Under the pieces are notes generated by a model. The model made no database searches. It saw only the letters and a program-made list of their open reading frames with translations, and was not told the DNA's origin. 64,000 nucleotides of DNA from Salpingoeca rosetta (Eukaryota > Protista > Choanoflagellata): assembly GCA_033442325.1 (NCBI GenBank), contig JAWQFM010000010.1, forward strand, positions 625,382 through 689,381, written 5' to 3'. A program made the translations under genes and the position numbers. Below are positions 1 to 11,628 of the stretch, piece by piece. Position 1 is the first letter of the stretch, and each line of letters opens with the position of its first letter.

Positions 1-115
1 TCGTGGCTGCGTCTTCACTCTCAGGGCGGGGTGTTTGTTTGTGTTGGGAGCGTATGTCTGTGGTGGGAGTATGTATCAGAGATGATACAAGAGCGGGAGT
101 GTCATGTAAAGAGTA

Positions 116-151
<36 letters not shown>

Positions 152-410
152 GGTGGGAGGGGTGGGCCGGGAAGGATGGATAGGGGGGTGCTTGGTGTGC
201 TTGGTGTGTGCTTGCTATGATGCTTGGTGTGTGCTTGCTATGATGCTTGGTGTGGCTCGTGGGTGGTGTTGTTCATTTCACATCATCAGTTGGATGTGTG
301 AGGAAAAAAGAAGAATCTGCCACTGGCTGGCCATCACATGCAAGAGAGGATGGGCAGGTCGGGAATCATAAAACCAACTTGTAGCCCCACAAACATAAGC
401 AAGAAGAGCA

Positions 411-483
411 GGGTCTGTGGCCAAGCTGGTAAGGCGTTGGTCTCGTAAACCAAAGATCGAGGGTTCAAATCCCTCCAGGCCCT
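411..483 (+). tRNA. tRNA-Thr (anticodon CGT)
   Basis: 73-nt cloverleaf: acceptor GGGTCTG/CAGGCCC, D-arm GCC..GGC, anticodon stem TTGGT/ACCAA with loop CTCGTAA (CGT at 444-446), T-arm GAGGG-TTCAAAT-CCCTC, discriminator T, oligo-T terminator ~14 nt downstream. Confidence 0.95.
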
Positions 484-2385
484 TTGTTCTCTTTCCTTTT
501 TGCCTCTCCCAGGCCCCATCTCTCTCTCCCCTTCTCTCCCTTCTCTCTCTCTCTCTCCCTCTCTCGTAAACCAAAGATCGAGGGTTCAAATCCCTCCAGG
601 CCCTTGGTTCTCTTTCCTTTTTGCCTCTCCCAGGAGAGGCCATCCTTTGCGCTCTCCATCCCTTCTCTCTCTCCATCCCTCTCTCTCCCTCTCTCGTAAA
701 CCAAAGATCGAGGGTTCAAATCCCTCCAGGCCCTTGGTTCTCTTTCCTTTTTGCCTCTCCCAGGAGAGGCCATCCTTTGCGCTCTCCATCCCTTCTCTCT
801 CTCCATCCCTCCCTCTCTCGTAAACCAAAGATCGAGGGTTCAAATCCCTCCAGGCCCTTGGTTCTCTTTCCTTTTTGCCTCTCCCAGGAGAGGCCATCCT
901 TTGCGCTCTCCATCCCTTCTCTCTCTCCATCCCTCCCTCTCTCGTAAACCAAAGATCGAGGGTTCAAATCCCTCCAGGCCCTTGGTTCTCTTTCCTTTTT
1001 GCCTCTCCCAGGAGAGGCCATCCTTTGCGCTCTCCATCCCTTCTCTCTCTCCATCCCTCTCTCTCCCTCTCTCGTAAACCAAAGATCGAGGGTTCAAATC
1101 CCTCCAGGCCCTTGGTTCTCTTTCCTTTTTGCCTCTCCCAGGCCTCATCTCTCTCTCTCTCTCTCTCTCTCCCCTTCTCTCCCCCTCTCTCTCTCCCTCT
1201 CTCGTAAACCAAAGATCGAGGGTTCAAATCCCTCCAGGCCCTTTGTTCTCTTTCCTTTTTGCCTCTCCCAGGCCAACCTTTGCCTCTCCCAGCCCATCCC
1301 TTTGCTCTCTCCCTTCTCTCCATCCCTTCTCTCTCCCCTTCTCTCCCTTCTCTCGTAAACCAAAGATCGAGGGTTCAAATCCCTCCAGGCCCTTTGTTCT
1401 CTTTCCTTTTTGCTCCCTCTCTCCATCCTTTGCTCTCTCCCTTCTCTCCATCCCTTCTCTCTCCCCTTCTCTCCCTTCTCTCGTAAACCAAAGATCGAGG
1501 GTTCAAATCCCTCCAGGCGCTTGGTCTCTTTCCTTTTGGCCTCTCCCAGGCCCCATCTCTCTCTCCTCGTTCTCTCCTTCTCTCTCTCTCTCTCCCTCCT
1601 CTGTAAGCAAAGGACAGAGGGATCAAATCCCTCAAATCCCTCCAGGCCCTTGGTTCTCTTTCCTTTTTGCTCCCTCTCTCCATCCTTTGCTCTCTCCCTT
1701 CTCTCCATCCCTTCTCTCTCCCCTTCTCTCCCTTCTCTCGTAAACCAAAGATCGAGGGTTCAAATCCCTCCAGGCCCTTTGTTCTCTTTCCTTTTTGCTC
1801 CCTCTCTCCATCCCTTCTCTCTCTCCTTCTCTCCCTTCTCTCTCCCCTTCTCTCTCCCTCTCTCGTAAACCAAAGATCGAGGGTTCAAATCCCTCCAGGC
1901 CCTTGGTTCTCTTTCCTTTTTGCCTCTCCCAGGCCCCATCTCTCTCTCCCCTTCTCTCCCTTCTCTCTCTCTCTCTCTCCCTCTCTCGTAAACCAAAGAT
2001 CGAGGGTTCAAATCCCTCCAGGCCCTTGGTTCTCTTTCCTTTTTGCCTCTCCCAGGCCCCATCTCTCTCTCCCCTTCTCTCCCTTCTCTCTATCCCTCTC
2101 CATCCCTCTCTCGTAAACCAAAGATCGAGGGTTCAAATCCCTCCAGGCCCTTGGTTCTCTTTCCTTTTTGCCTCTCCCAGGCCCCATCTCTCTCTCCCCT
2201 TCTCTCCCTTCTCTCTCTCTCTCCATCCCTCTCTCGCAAACCAAAGATCGAGGGTTCAAATCCCTCCAGGCCCTTTGTTCTCTTTCCTTTTTGCCTCTCC
2301 CAGGCCATCCTTTGCTCTCCCTCCCTTCTCTCCCTTCTCTCCCCCTCTCTCGTACTTGGTTCTCTTTCCTTTTTGCTCCTTTGTC
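484..2385 (+). repeat. Tandem array of tRNA-Thr 3'-halves (~120-150 bp units, 14 copies including one degenerate, plus a core-deleted terminal remnant)
   Basis: CTCGTAAACCAAAGATCGAGGGTTCAAATCCCTCCAGGCCC recurs at ~564, 694, 818, 942, 1072, 1202, 1353, 1481, 1601 (degenerate), 1738, 1863, 1986, 2111 and 2234. Each copy is followed by a trailer with oligo-T and a CT-rich spacer. Confidence 0.95.
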
Positions 2386-2866
2386 TTGAACGGTGTGTTG
2401 CACGGTGTGTTGTGTTGGTTGCTTTTGCGTTGTGGCTTTGTACTGCGTGCCTGCGGTGGTGACCTCGTTGCCTGCAAGCAAGCACGCACGCAAAACGGCC
2501 ATCCACAGCGGCACATGGAGACTTAGAGAGGACACGCATTTATTGCCTTCAAACCATGCAGGTACATCACCAACACACACGCGCACGCGCACACACGCAC
2601 ACACGCACGCGCACGCGCACACACACGCACACACGCACGCGCACGCGCACACACACGCACACACACACACGCACACACACACACACACACACGCACGCAC
2701 GCACACGCACACACACACACACACACACAGATCACTTTGCAAATTGAAAGCAGAGAACAGAGGGGGTAAGGAGTAAGTCGACTGAGCACCAGCAGACTGA
2801 ACCAACAGGGGAACCGAGAAGCGATAGGTAGTGGCTCTGCAACCCTTGCACCCGAGGGAGCTGCAA

Positions 2867-3343
2867 TCACGCCACCGTACTGTCCAGTGTGCACTTGTTT
2901 GCCTCTCGTACCAGCTTCACTGCGTGCCCGACCTTCACGCCGGCATTCTTCAGCATGTCCTTGGTCAGGTCGTTATCCTGCACAGAGGCCACCAGCACCT
3001 CAAGGGAGTCGATGCCATGCTCCAACAGCGCCGACTCGACGTGCGGCAGCAGCGAGTGCTGGTCGAGCCAGTGCACCAGCTCAGGCTCAAAGGGTGACAA
3101 GGAGGAGAAAGAAGAAAAGGCAGTCGCGGGCGGTGGGGTGACGGAGCTTGGAGAAGAAAACGACAACGAGAAGAACGACTGCTGACGCGAATGGTCAATA
3201 ATGGGTGGAGTGCAACACAGCGTGAGCGATAAGCAGCATAGGAGACGAAAAGACGTGCATTAACACCCACATTCACCCACCCACACCCACACCCACACCC
3301 ACACCCACACCCACACCCACACCCACACCCACACCCACACCCA

Positions 3344-3425
<82 letters not shown>

Positions 3426-6400
3426 AACACAAACACAAACACATGGTCACAAGTCCCCCCCCCCCACACACACAAAAACAAACGCGCTTACCTGCGTGGA
3501 TCGACGTGCAGACCCTGGTCCCTGCGCTGCGTGCTCGTCGCTTCTCGCAGAGACAACGACTTGGCGCACTTTCTCTTCAATGTCGCGCAGCTGCGACGTG
3601 CGGTCCTCAGTGGCATCCAGTGCAACGACGGCGTCAATGTCGAACAACGACGCCACCACTTGGCGCACGGTCGTGTGCTGCTGTGGTGGGGGCAGGTGTA
3701 GAACATGCGAAAAGTACTGGTCCAATGCTGCCGCCGTCTCCTTGCTCACAACATCGGGCAGCGACTCGGCCAGCCGTTTCATGGGCTCAAGTGAGTCATA
3801 CTTGCTTGCCTCTACCCTGCTCATGTTGCTGCTGATCTTCATATCGTGCCACGCGCTGCCCACCATCACAGGCACGACGCGGCGGAGGCGGATCAGTTCG
3901 TGGTTGAGCTCGACCTCACCCAGCGCCAGCATCGTCATCCACTCCAGCAGCACGTTGTCGCAGTAGTCTGCTTCCTGCAGCTGCGTCATCTGCATGATGG
4001 TGGCAGCAGAGACAATGGGGCAGGCCACCAGGCTCAGCCCTATCGCCGTCATGAACGACAGTTTGAAGTTGAGGCCCGTCTCCAGGTTGTTCGCGTCCAG
4101 GAACGCAACCAGGTTATGCTGTTCCAAGCGCGGGTGTAGCGCTATCACCAGCCCGCTGTTCGCCCGCTGCCTATGGTGGTGTGTGTAGGTGGAGGGGGAA
4201 GAAGGGGGGGGGGAAGTGAGGTGAAATGTTGTGCTGCAGCAGTAGTGGGTGGAAGTGACCGACAGACAGACAGACAAATAGATAGACACGCACACAGACA
4301 CGCACACAGACACGCACACACATGCACACACACAGACACGCGCACACACACGCACACACACTCATACACACACACACAAACCTCACCTGTAGCTGATGAA
4401 GACGTCGTACTTGTCCTGCAGGCCGAGAACGGGCGAGAGAGAGCCGTACTTGGTGACCAGGTCATCGGGCGACAACAGCTGCTCGTCCACCCACATGTCC
4501 TGCTTGCTCTTGTGGTGGTGCAGCACATCCTCAAAGAACAGCAGCGTCTTGTCGTCAAATGGCAGCAGGAGGCTGCTCTTTAGCTCGGGGTAGCGCTCTC
4601 TTATGGCCTCGCTGATCATGGTGTGCAGCATGTGCAGCATGGCGCGTGGCTGTGCACTCGTAATCTTCATCTTGATGCCGCCAACAGCCGGCACAAGCCG
4701 CAGCTCCAGCTTGGTCGACTCCATGAAGCAGACGGCGTGGGTGCGGCTCAGCTTGGGCGCCTGAGATGCGCCGTGCTGTGCATGCGCCATAACATGAGCC
4801 AGCACAACGGTGAAGAGGCCCTCTGGCAGGAACGACGCGTGCTGTGCATTTTCAACTTGCACGCTCGCACTTCGCTTGAACTGCTTCAGACTGAAGGTGA
4901 CGTAGGCTGTCTTCTCCTCATAACCAACGTATGGGTTGACCTGCTGTGCTGCCGTCGTGCTAAGCGACACGGATGCCATCTCGCTGTTGTTGTGGCGAAT
5001 CGTCATCGGCAGGATGGCAGGGACCAGGTACTGCTGGTGCCCGGGACTGCTGCCCTTGCTGCCCTTGGCTGTAGCATTTTCACCGTGGCCAGAGTTGGTG
5101 CGTGCGAGTGCTCTGCGGCTGTCCACCAGCTTGGGTGGGGAGTACTCAACACACAGCCCGTACTGCATCATGAGGCGCAGGAACGGCATTATCAAGTTGC
5201 TGTCCACGTCCCTCCACAGCACATCCAGCAGGCGGCGATGCAGGATACCGCGGTCAAGGAGGTCGTCCCACAGCTGCGCGCCAACGGCCCTCGCCTCGCC
5301 ATCCCGCGCATCGTAGTGCAGGTCAAAGTTGCGGATGACGCGCGTCATCGTGTCCACCGCCCACTGCGGACTCAGGATCACACAATCATCCATGCCTGGC
5401 ACGCTGTCGTAGTACAGCACCATCGAGTACAGGTGCAGGAACTGAAGGCAGGCCCTCGTCTCGTCACGCGTGCGCAGCCCACACGTGCGCGCAATATCCA
5501 CCACCTCATCAAACGTGAGCAGCGGTCGATTGTCGTCGCGGGCGATGGTATGGAGCTTGTCGTAGAGGTGGAGGTACGGCACGGCCACCTCCTGGCTTAC
5601 GTACTCCTGCGCCAGTGCTGTGGAGGAGATAGTCTGGCGCAGGTCCTGGATCATGGGGTCGTTGATGGACTTGGTGTTGTCGACGGGCCAGAACCACAAG
5701 CCGTGCTTGTCGTTGTGAATGACGCCAGGGAAAGCGGGGTTGTGGCGCAGGCGGCTGTACAGTTCGCGTGAGATCTGCTCATGCTGCTTCCGCTGACTGA
5801 CCACATCAGCGAAGGTGCCGACGATGAGGACGGGTGCGCCTTTTGCATGGAGGTGGAGGGAGGAGAGCCAATGCTCCATAAACTCCCACGTCTCAGCTCG
5901 GTTGCTCTCATCTTGGTGCAGCAGGTCCTCCATGGAGAACACCAGCAGGTACACCGCGTACCTGGTGTGTGTGTGTGTGCGGTGATGAAGGGAGAGGTGA
6001 ATGGAGGAGAGGTGGTGGAGGGACTGCAAGCAGGCAAACACGCACACACACATATACACGCACACATACATACATACAGATACACAGACACACAATGCAC
6101 GCAGACACACGCACACACACTCAAACACACAGACACACACGCACACATACACGCACACAACCTGAACTCACTCTGTGAGGAAGAAAGGGTGGAAGATGTA
6201 GAAGGTGGACTGACCGCCCAGGTCAAAGATCTTGAAAGTGACCCTGGTGTTGCCCTGGCCCATGACGGCTTCCACGTTGAACTCTTTGATCGCCTTCTCC
6301 ATTTCCTTCGCAGTCATGCCGGTCGTGGCGGTGGTGCTGTTCTCGTGAGTACCAGCATCATTCTGGTGGCAAGGATCGGGGTTGGCCTGCTTCTTGGGCG

Positions 6401-6716
6401 CAGGTGCTGGGGCATGAGACGTATCCTTGGGCCTTGGGACGGTCGATGTTGACGTGTGGGTTGATGGCCGTGGCCGCGTCTCCATTGACTGCTGTGACTG
6501 CTCCTTCTTCGACTTTGAACCCGTCGCCTTTGGTGCCTTCTCGGCTTCCTGTTGCCGCTGTTGGTGTTGGTGTTGGGCGATGCGGCTCTCGAGGTCCATT
6601 TTCGCCGTCATCATCGCCTGCTTCATCTCCCAATCCACGCCTGATTCCTGCGCCAGCGCCGTTCCACAGAGACTGCGCATCAGCTCCGAGATCTCCGCAT
6701 TCAGCTCCTGCAAAGG

Positions 6717-6761
<45 letters not shown>

Positions 6762-9700
6762 TGTGTGTGTAACGCTTGTGCGAGGGGATGATCGTGTCAA
6801 CCACCACCTCTCTTCACACCCATGCGTCGCACACATCACATGCTCGCACCAGACAAGGGTACACACCTGCCAGTCGTGAACGTCCATTGATTCGACAATG
6901 ACGGCGAGGTCGGTTGAGGCGGCGCCAAGGGTGGAGTGCTCATGCTTGTTGAACATGTGACCCATGAGCGAGTGGAACGTGCTGGTCTTCCCGGCGCGCC
7001 CCTGACCAATGAAGATGAGTTTGGCCCTGCCCGCCATGGTCGCGTTGAAGCGTGCTATGACCTCCCGCATGCGCTGCTGGAGACGCTTCCTGCGCGCCTG
7101 CTCGGGCTGCTGCTGATGGTGGTGCTGGTGATGGTTGTGTGAGACAACATGATTATGCTTGATACGAGACCACGGAGAGCGTGATGAAGGAATGGCATGG
7201 GTGACGTGATGCATTTGCTTGTGCGTTGCTGGCAAGCACTTGTCAAATCACTCACGTCTTGCGCTGTTTGTTCTTCTTGCTTCGGTCCGGCGGCAGGAGT
7301 GGGCGCAGGTGGCTCTTGTTTTGGCTGCTGTTGCTGTTGTGGTTGCTCCAAAGGCTTGCCGCCTGGCTTCAGCCCTTGGATGCTGGTGATGGCAGTATGA
7401 CCGCTGGCCTGTGCCACATCATAGGGCCTCTCTCCCTGCGTGTGTTGCAAAGGTAAAACGCATGAGTTGAGGAAGGAGGGAAGCAGGGAGAGGGGGAGGA
7501 CACAGCACAAGCAATTATGGTAGTTCGTTAACGCCGGCCAGATCGTGAACGTCCATTGATTCGACAATGACGGCGAGGTCGGTAGAGGTGGCACCAAAGG
7601 TGGAGTGCTCGTGCTTGTTGAAGCTACGGCCCATGAGCGATTTAAAGGTGGAAGTCTTGCCGGTGCGCCCCTGGCCAATGAAGGTGAGCTTGGCCCTGCC
7701 CGCCATGGTGGCGATGAAGCGCGCAATGATCTCTCGCATGCGCTGCCGAAGGTGCTCCTTGCGCACCCGATCAGGCTGGTGGAGGCAGAAAAAGCAATGG
7801 TGACATGGTGGCGTGAGTGGGTGAGCGACATTGTGTTGGGAAACAGAGCATGAAGAGTATGATTGACATGGGTGGTGTGATGCGCATGGGCTCACGTTGC
7901 TTGCATGCAAGCACGATCGCCGCCACTTACGTCTTGTACAGCTTCTTCTTGCTTCTTCTGGCGTTGCCGCTGCTGTTGCTGCTGCTTGCTGCCGGCTTGA
8001 GCCCGTCAATGCTGGTGATGGCGGTGTGCCCGCTGGCTGTCGCCACATCATAGGGTGTCTCTCCCTGGGCATGTTTGAAGTGGAAAGCGAGAGGCTTGAG
8101 TTGCCAACGGAGAGGACGAGGAAGAGAACAGACTGAGAGAGAAGACAACGCAACGCAAGGAAGCAGTGCCCACACCGTCGACATCAGCAAACGAAGCGGA
8201 TCACCTTGTTGTTCTTGATGAAAATGTTCCCGCCCTTCTTAAAGAGCAGCCTCGCGATGGTGGGCTGGTTGTGCCTGCAGGCAACGTGCAGCAACGTATT
8301 GCCCTGTTTTGGGCGAGTGCATGAAATGGGGCAGGGTCGCGTGGTGAGAATCCCTGTAAATGAACACGCCAGGCATGAAAAGCGGAACCCCTGAACCCAG
8401 TGCCTCGACTTACAAGCACACACTGCACACACCTCTTCATCTTGCTGGTTCATGTCTGTGTGGCCTTGGTTGATGAAGGAGCTGACAGCTCGAGCGTCAC
8501 CACTCTTACAGGCGGTGAACAGTTGCTGCTGCTGTTGCTTCTTCTCCTCGCGGGCTGTGAAGAAGGCTGCCTTGCCCTCGCCATCCTCACCCCTTCAATC
8601 ACACACAAGATGAGACACTGTCACCGAAAGAGCAAAGCAACGAGCGAAATGTGGCCAGAGGGAGCGAGCGCAGACAGCAACGAGTTGGAATGGAAAGTAG
8701 TGAGTTGACTGACCAATCGCCTGTGCCGAGCGCTCGATTGATGGGCAGTGCAGTACCAAAAGCGCGAGCGGTGGCAGTGGAGTTTTTGTGAAGCCTGAAC
8801 AAGGAGGTGTGATGTGACATGGATGTGTTTGACAAAGGAGAAATACGGTCAGGGAATCGATGGTTGTGAACGTGTGCAAGCAATCAGGGAACAACAAGTG
8901 CTATGGTCCGTGCAGAGAGTGGTGATTGGTCACACGCATCCACAGCAATGAGAGTTGTTCGTGAGGGCTCTGCACCACAATCGACGTACCAGAGGTTTTT
9001 CAGCGTGCGGTTCTGGTCCATGGCAGCTCCCAGCGCGGTGCCACCAACAGGGGTGATGGAGTTGTTGAACAGGCTGCAAGTGGCCAGCAGGTATGATGGT
9101 CGAGGATAGAAAGTGGAGAAGAGCAACGATCGTCAGCGTCAAGGGGCAGGGTCACTTGGTGGCACTCATGACACTGTGGAAGGTGGCAGGGTTCTGGCAA
9201 ACCAGGCACACAGCACACAGCAAGGGACATCATGCATGGATGGCAGTGCGTCGATTTTGACACCGTGAATACAGCAACAAGGCCGCAAGGTCGTCAAGAG
9301 GGGCATCCACTAACACAAGCGTTTCGAGGGTGGAGTTATCCTTCAACACCTCAGCCAACGCCACGGCGCCCACATCGCTGATATGATTGTTGATCAAGCT
9401 GTCAGCCCAAAGAGAGGATGATAAGGGGATGGTAGTGCGCATGGTGAGAGGGAGTGGTGAGTGTGACAAACGCAGTGTGCAAGCAGCTGCAAAGTCTGCG
9501 GGAGAAGGGGAGGGTTCACACCGCCATGCGAGCACGCGTGCCGGCAGAGGGTGGTGTTCCATGTAGCTGTTCTTCATACCCAAGTCCCGTGAGGGTCGTG
9601 TGGTGCTTCAGCATTTCCGCCAACGCCACGACGCCCTGGTCCCTGATGGAGTTGTCGTGCAGGCTGAAAATAGGCAATCACCCGGGGGGGGGGATCTCAC

Positions 9701-9995
9701 CCAAAGTGTACAAGAAGAGACGTTTGAGTGTGGGGGAGGAGACGGGGCAGCATGCAACAGCAGCAACCAACGCAGTCAGCCATGCATGTCACACACGACG
9801 TAGGTCCACGTCACCACGTACACGAGCGTGTTGAGGCAGGTGTTGTCCTTGAGTGCCTCGGCCACCGCACGCGCCCCCCTGTCGCCGAGGCCAGCATTAT
9901 GCAGGCTGAAGTCACACGAGGAAATGAGAGGAAAGACATGAGAATGGAAGTCACAACCTGAGCGAACACGCTCATGGTGGCTGGTTTGGGTGATC

Positions 9996-10082
<87 letters not shown>

Positions 10083-10363
10083 ACCTCCGGGCCAGAAAGA
10101 TACACCCCAAGCTCACAGAAACAAGGACAAACAAGCAAAGAGGACAAGCCAAGCAAGCAAACAGGTGAATGTCCTTGTTCCCTTTCTCCAACAAATGCGT
10201 GCATGCTCCAACCTATCGTTTGGCTGCTTTGCACTCACCTCACAGCGTCCCCACATGTGTTGTTGGCGACGGCCCTGATCTTGTCCTTCACCTTATCTTT
10301 TAGCTTTGTCTGTGCCAGCAAGGCCTCCACCTCCTCCCTCGCCCTCTTCTCTCCGCCGGACAT
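2867..10363 (-). CDS. Multi-exon ROCO protein: RI-like LRRs, ankyrin repeats, ROC GTPase, COR, TIR, SAM
   Basis: ATG at 10363 (MSGGEKRAREEV..IRAVANNTCGDAV). LRR exons such as LHNAGLGDRGARAVAEALKDNTCL. Ankyrin GNTLLHVACRHNQPTIARLL. P-loop GQGRAGKT, G3 FDLGGQ, G4-like VLIVGTFAD. COR region VILSPQWAVD. TIR YDVFISYR...AFLD...DNVLLEW. SAM-like LVHWLDQHSL...GVKVGHAVKL, stop at 2867. Confidence 0.85.
3263..3440. repeat. Intronic (CACACC)n and (CA)n microsatellite
   Basis: Direct reading. Confidence 0.9.
7515..8070 (-). pseudogene. Degenerate or alternative duplicate of the last-ankyrin exon and ROC P-loop exon inside the ROCO gene
   Basis: GETPYDVATASGHTAITSIDGLKP and GRAKLTFIGQGRTGKTSTF..VESMDVHD duplicate ~6866-7440. 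This copy reads GATCTGGCCGGC where the other reads GACTGGCAG|GT, so the donor is lost and the frame runs into a stop at 7515. Confidence 0.6.
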
Positions 10364-10779
10364 GGCTGCTGTTGCTGCAAAGTCGTTGGGTGCAGGACGC
10401 GGATTCTTCTCTTCCCTTTGCCTTGCTCTTTGTGTGGCCTACCCTGTCTTCTCTTGTCTGCTCTCCCCTGTGTGGCTCTGCTCTGCGCTTAATCTTGGGA
10501 CTGGGTGCTGCGACTGGTGTGGCGAAGGATGGATGGAACTGGAACGGACGCGACGCACTAGCACTTGAGTGAAGACTTGAAGTACTTGTTCTTGATGTGT
10601 GAGTACTGTCACCCCACACGCTGATTCCGCAGATTTGCTTGCTTGCTTGTTGCTTGCTTTCTTGGGGCGTTTTCACGCGAGAAGTACATGAAGGCTTCAG
10701 CGACGCATCCAGCAGTAGAGCGGGACATGCTTTCCTCTTTGTTGTGCATTTCCCAGCAGGAGAGGGAAGGGAGAGAGGC

Positions 10780-11555
10780 AAAGGATGGCCTGGGAGAGGC
10801 AAAAGGAAAGAGAACCAAAGGGCCTGGAGGGATTTGAACCCTCGATCTTTGGTTTACGAGAGAGGCATGGAGAGAGAGAGAGAAGAGAGAGAAAGGGGAG
10901 AGAGAGATTGGTCCTGGGAGAGGCAAAAAAGAAAAGAGAACCAAAGGGCCTGGAGGGATTTGATCTCCTCGATCTTTGGTTTACGAGAGAGGAATGGAGA
11001 GGGATAGAGAGAAGGGAGAGAAGGGGAGAGAGAGATGGGGCCTGGGAGAGGCAAAAAGGAAAGAGAACCAAGGGCCTGGAGGGATTTGAACCCTCGATCT
11101 TTGGTTTACGAGAGAGGGAGAGAGAGAGAGAGAGAAGGGAGAGAAGGGGAGAGAGAGATGGGGCCTGGGAGAGGCAAAAAGGAAAGAGAACCAAGGGCCT
11201 GGAGGGATTTGAACCCTCGATCTTTGGTTTACGAGAGAGGGAGAGGGAAGGGGAGAGCGCAAAGGATGGCCTCTCCTGGGAGAGGCAAAAAGGAAAGAGA
11301 ACCAAGGGCCTGGAGGGATTTGAACCCTCGATCTTTGGTTTACGAGAGAGGGAGAGAGAGGGATGGAGAGAGAGAAGGGATGGAGAGCGCAAAGGATGGC
11401 CTCTCCTGGGAGAGGCAAAAAGGAAAGAGAACCAAGGGCCTGGAGGGATTTGAACCCTCGATCTTTGGTTTACGAGAGAGGGAGAGAGAGAGAGAGAAGG
11501 GAGAGAAGGGGAGAGAGAGATGGGGCCTGGGAGAGGCAAAAAGGAAAGAGAACAA
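10780..11555 (-). repeat. Tandem array of tRNA-Thr 3'-halves (6 copies), inverted relative to the left array
   Basis: GGGCCTGGAGGGATTTGAACCCTCGATCTTTGGTTTACGAG at ~10820, 10946 (variant), 11072, 11195, 11306 and 11436, separated by GA-rich spacers. Confidence 0.95.
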
Positions 11556-11628
11556 AGGGCCTGGAGGGATTTGAACCCTCGATCTTTGGTTTACGAGACC
11601 AACGCCTTACCAGCTTGGCCACAGACCC
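11556..11628 (-). tRNA. tRNA-Thr (anticodon CGT), identical to 411-483
   Basis: Exact reverse complement of the 411-483 cloverleaf. Confidence 0.95.

Larger units (their letters stand above)
119..2385 (+). repeat. Left arm of large inverted repeat: (GT)n, ~260 bp unique flank, tRNA-Thr and 3'-half-tRNA array
   Basis: ~150-780 is the reverse complement of ~11260-11890 (position x maps to 12039-x). The ORF track gives identical peptides on opposite strands, e.g. 278..676(-) and 11363..11761(+). Confidence 0.95.

Noticed and set aside
484-2385. CRISPR-like array (constant ~41-bp repeat with variable spacers)
   Set aside because: The repeat is a tRNA 3' half, the spacers are related CT-rich modules rather than unique sequences, there are no cas genes, and the context is eukaryotic.
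484-2385. Cluster of functional tRNA genes
   Set aside because: The units lack the 5' acceptor strand, D-arm and 5' anticodon stem. Only 411-483 and 11556-11628 are complete.
278-2540. Repetitive ORFs (SRKPKIEGSNPSRP, GLEGFEPSIFGLR) here and at 10600-11760
   Set aside because: They are translations of the tRNA-half array in several frames, with no coding signal.
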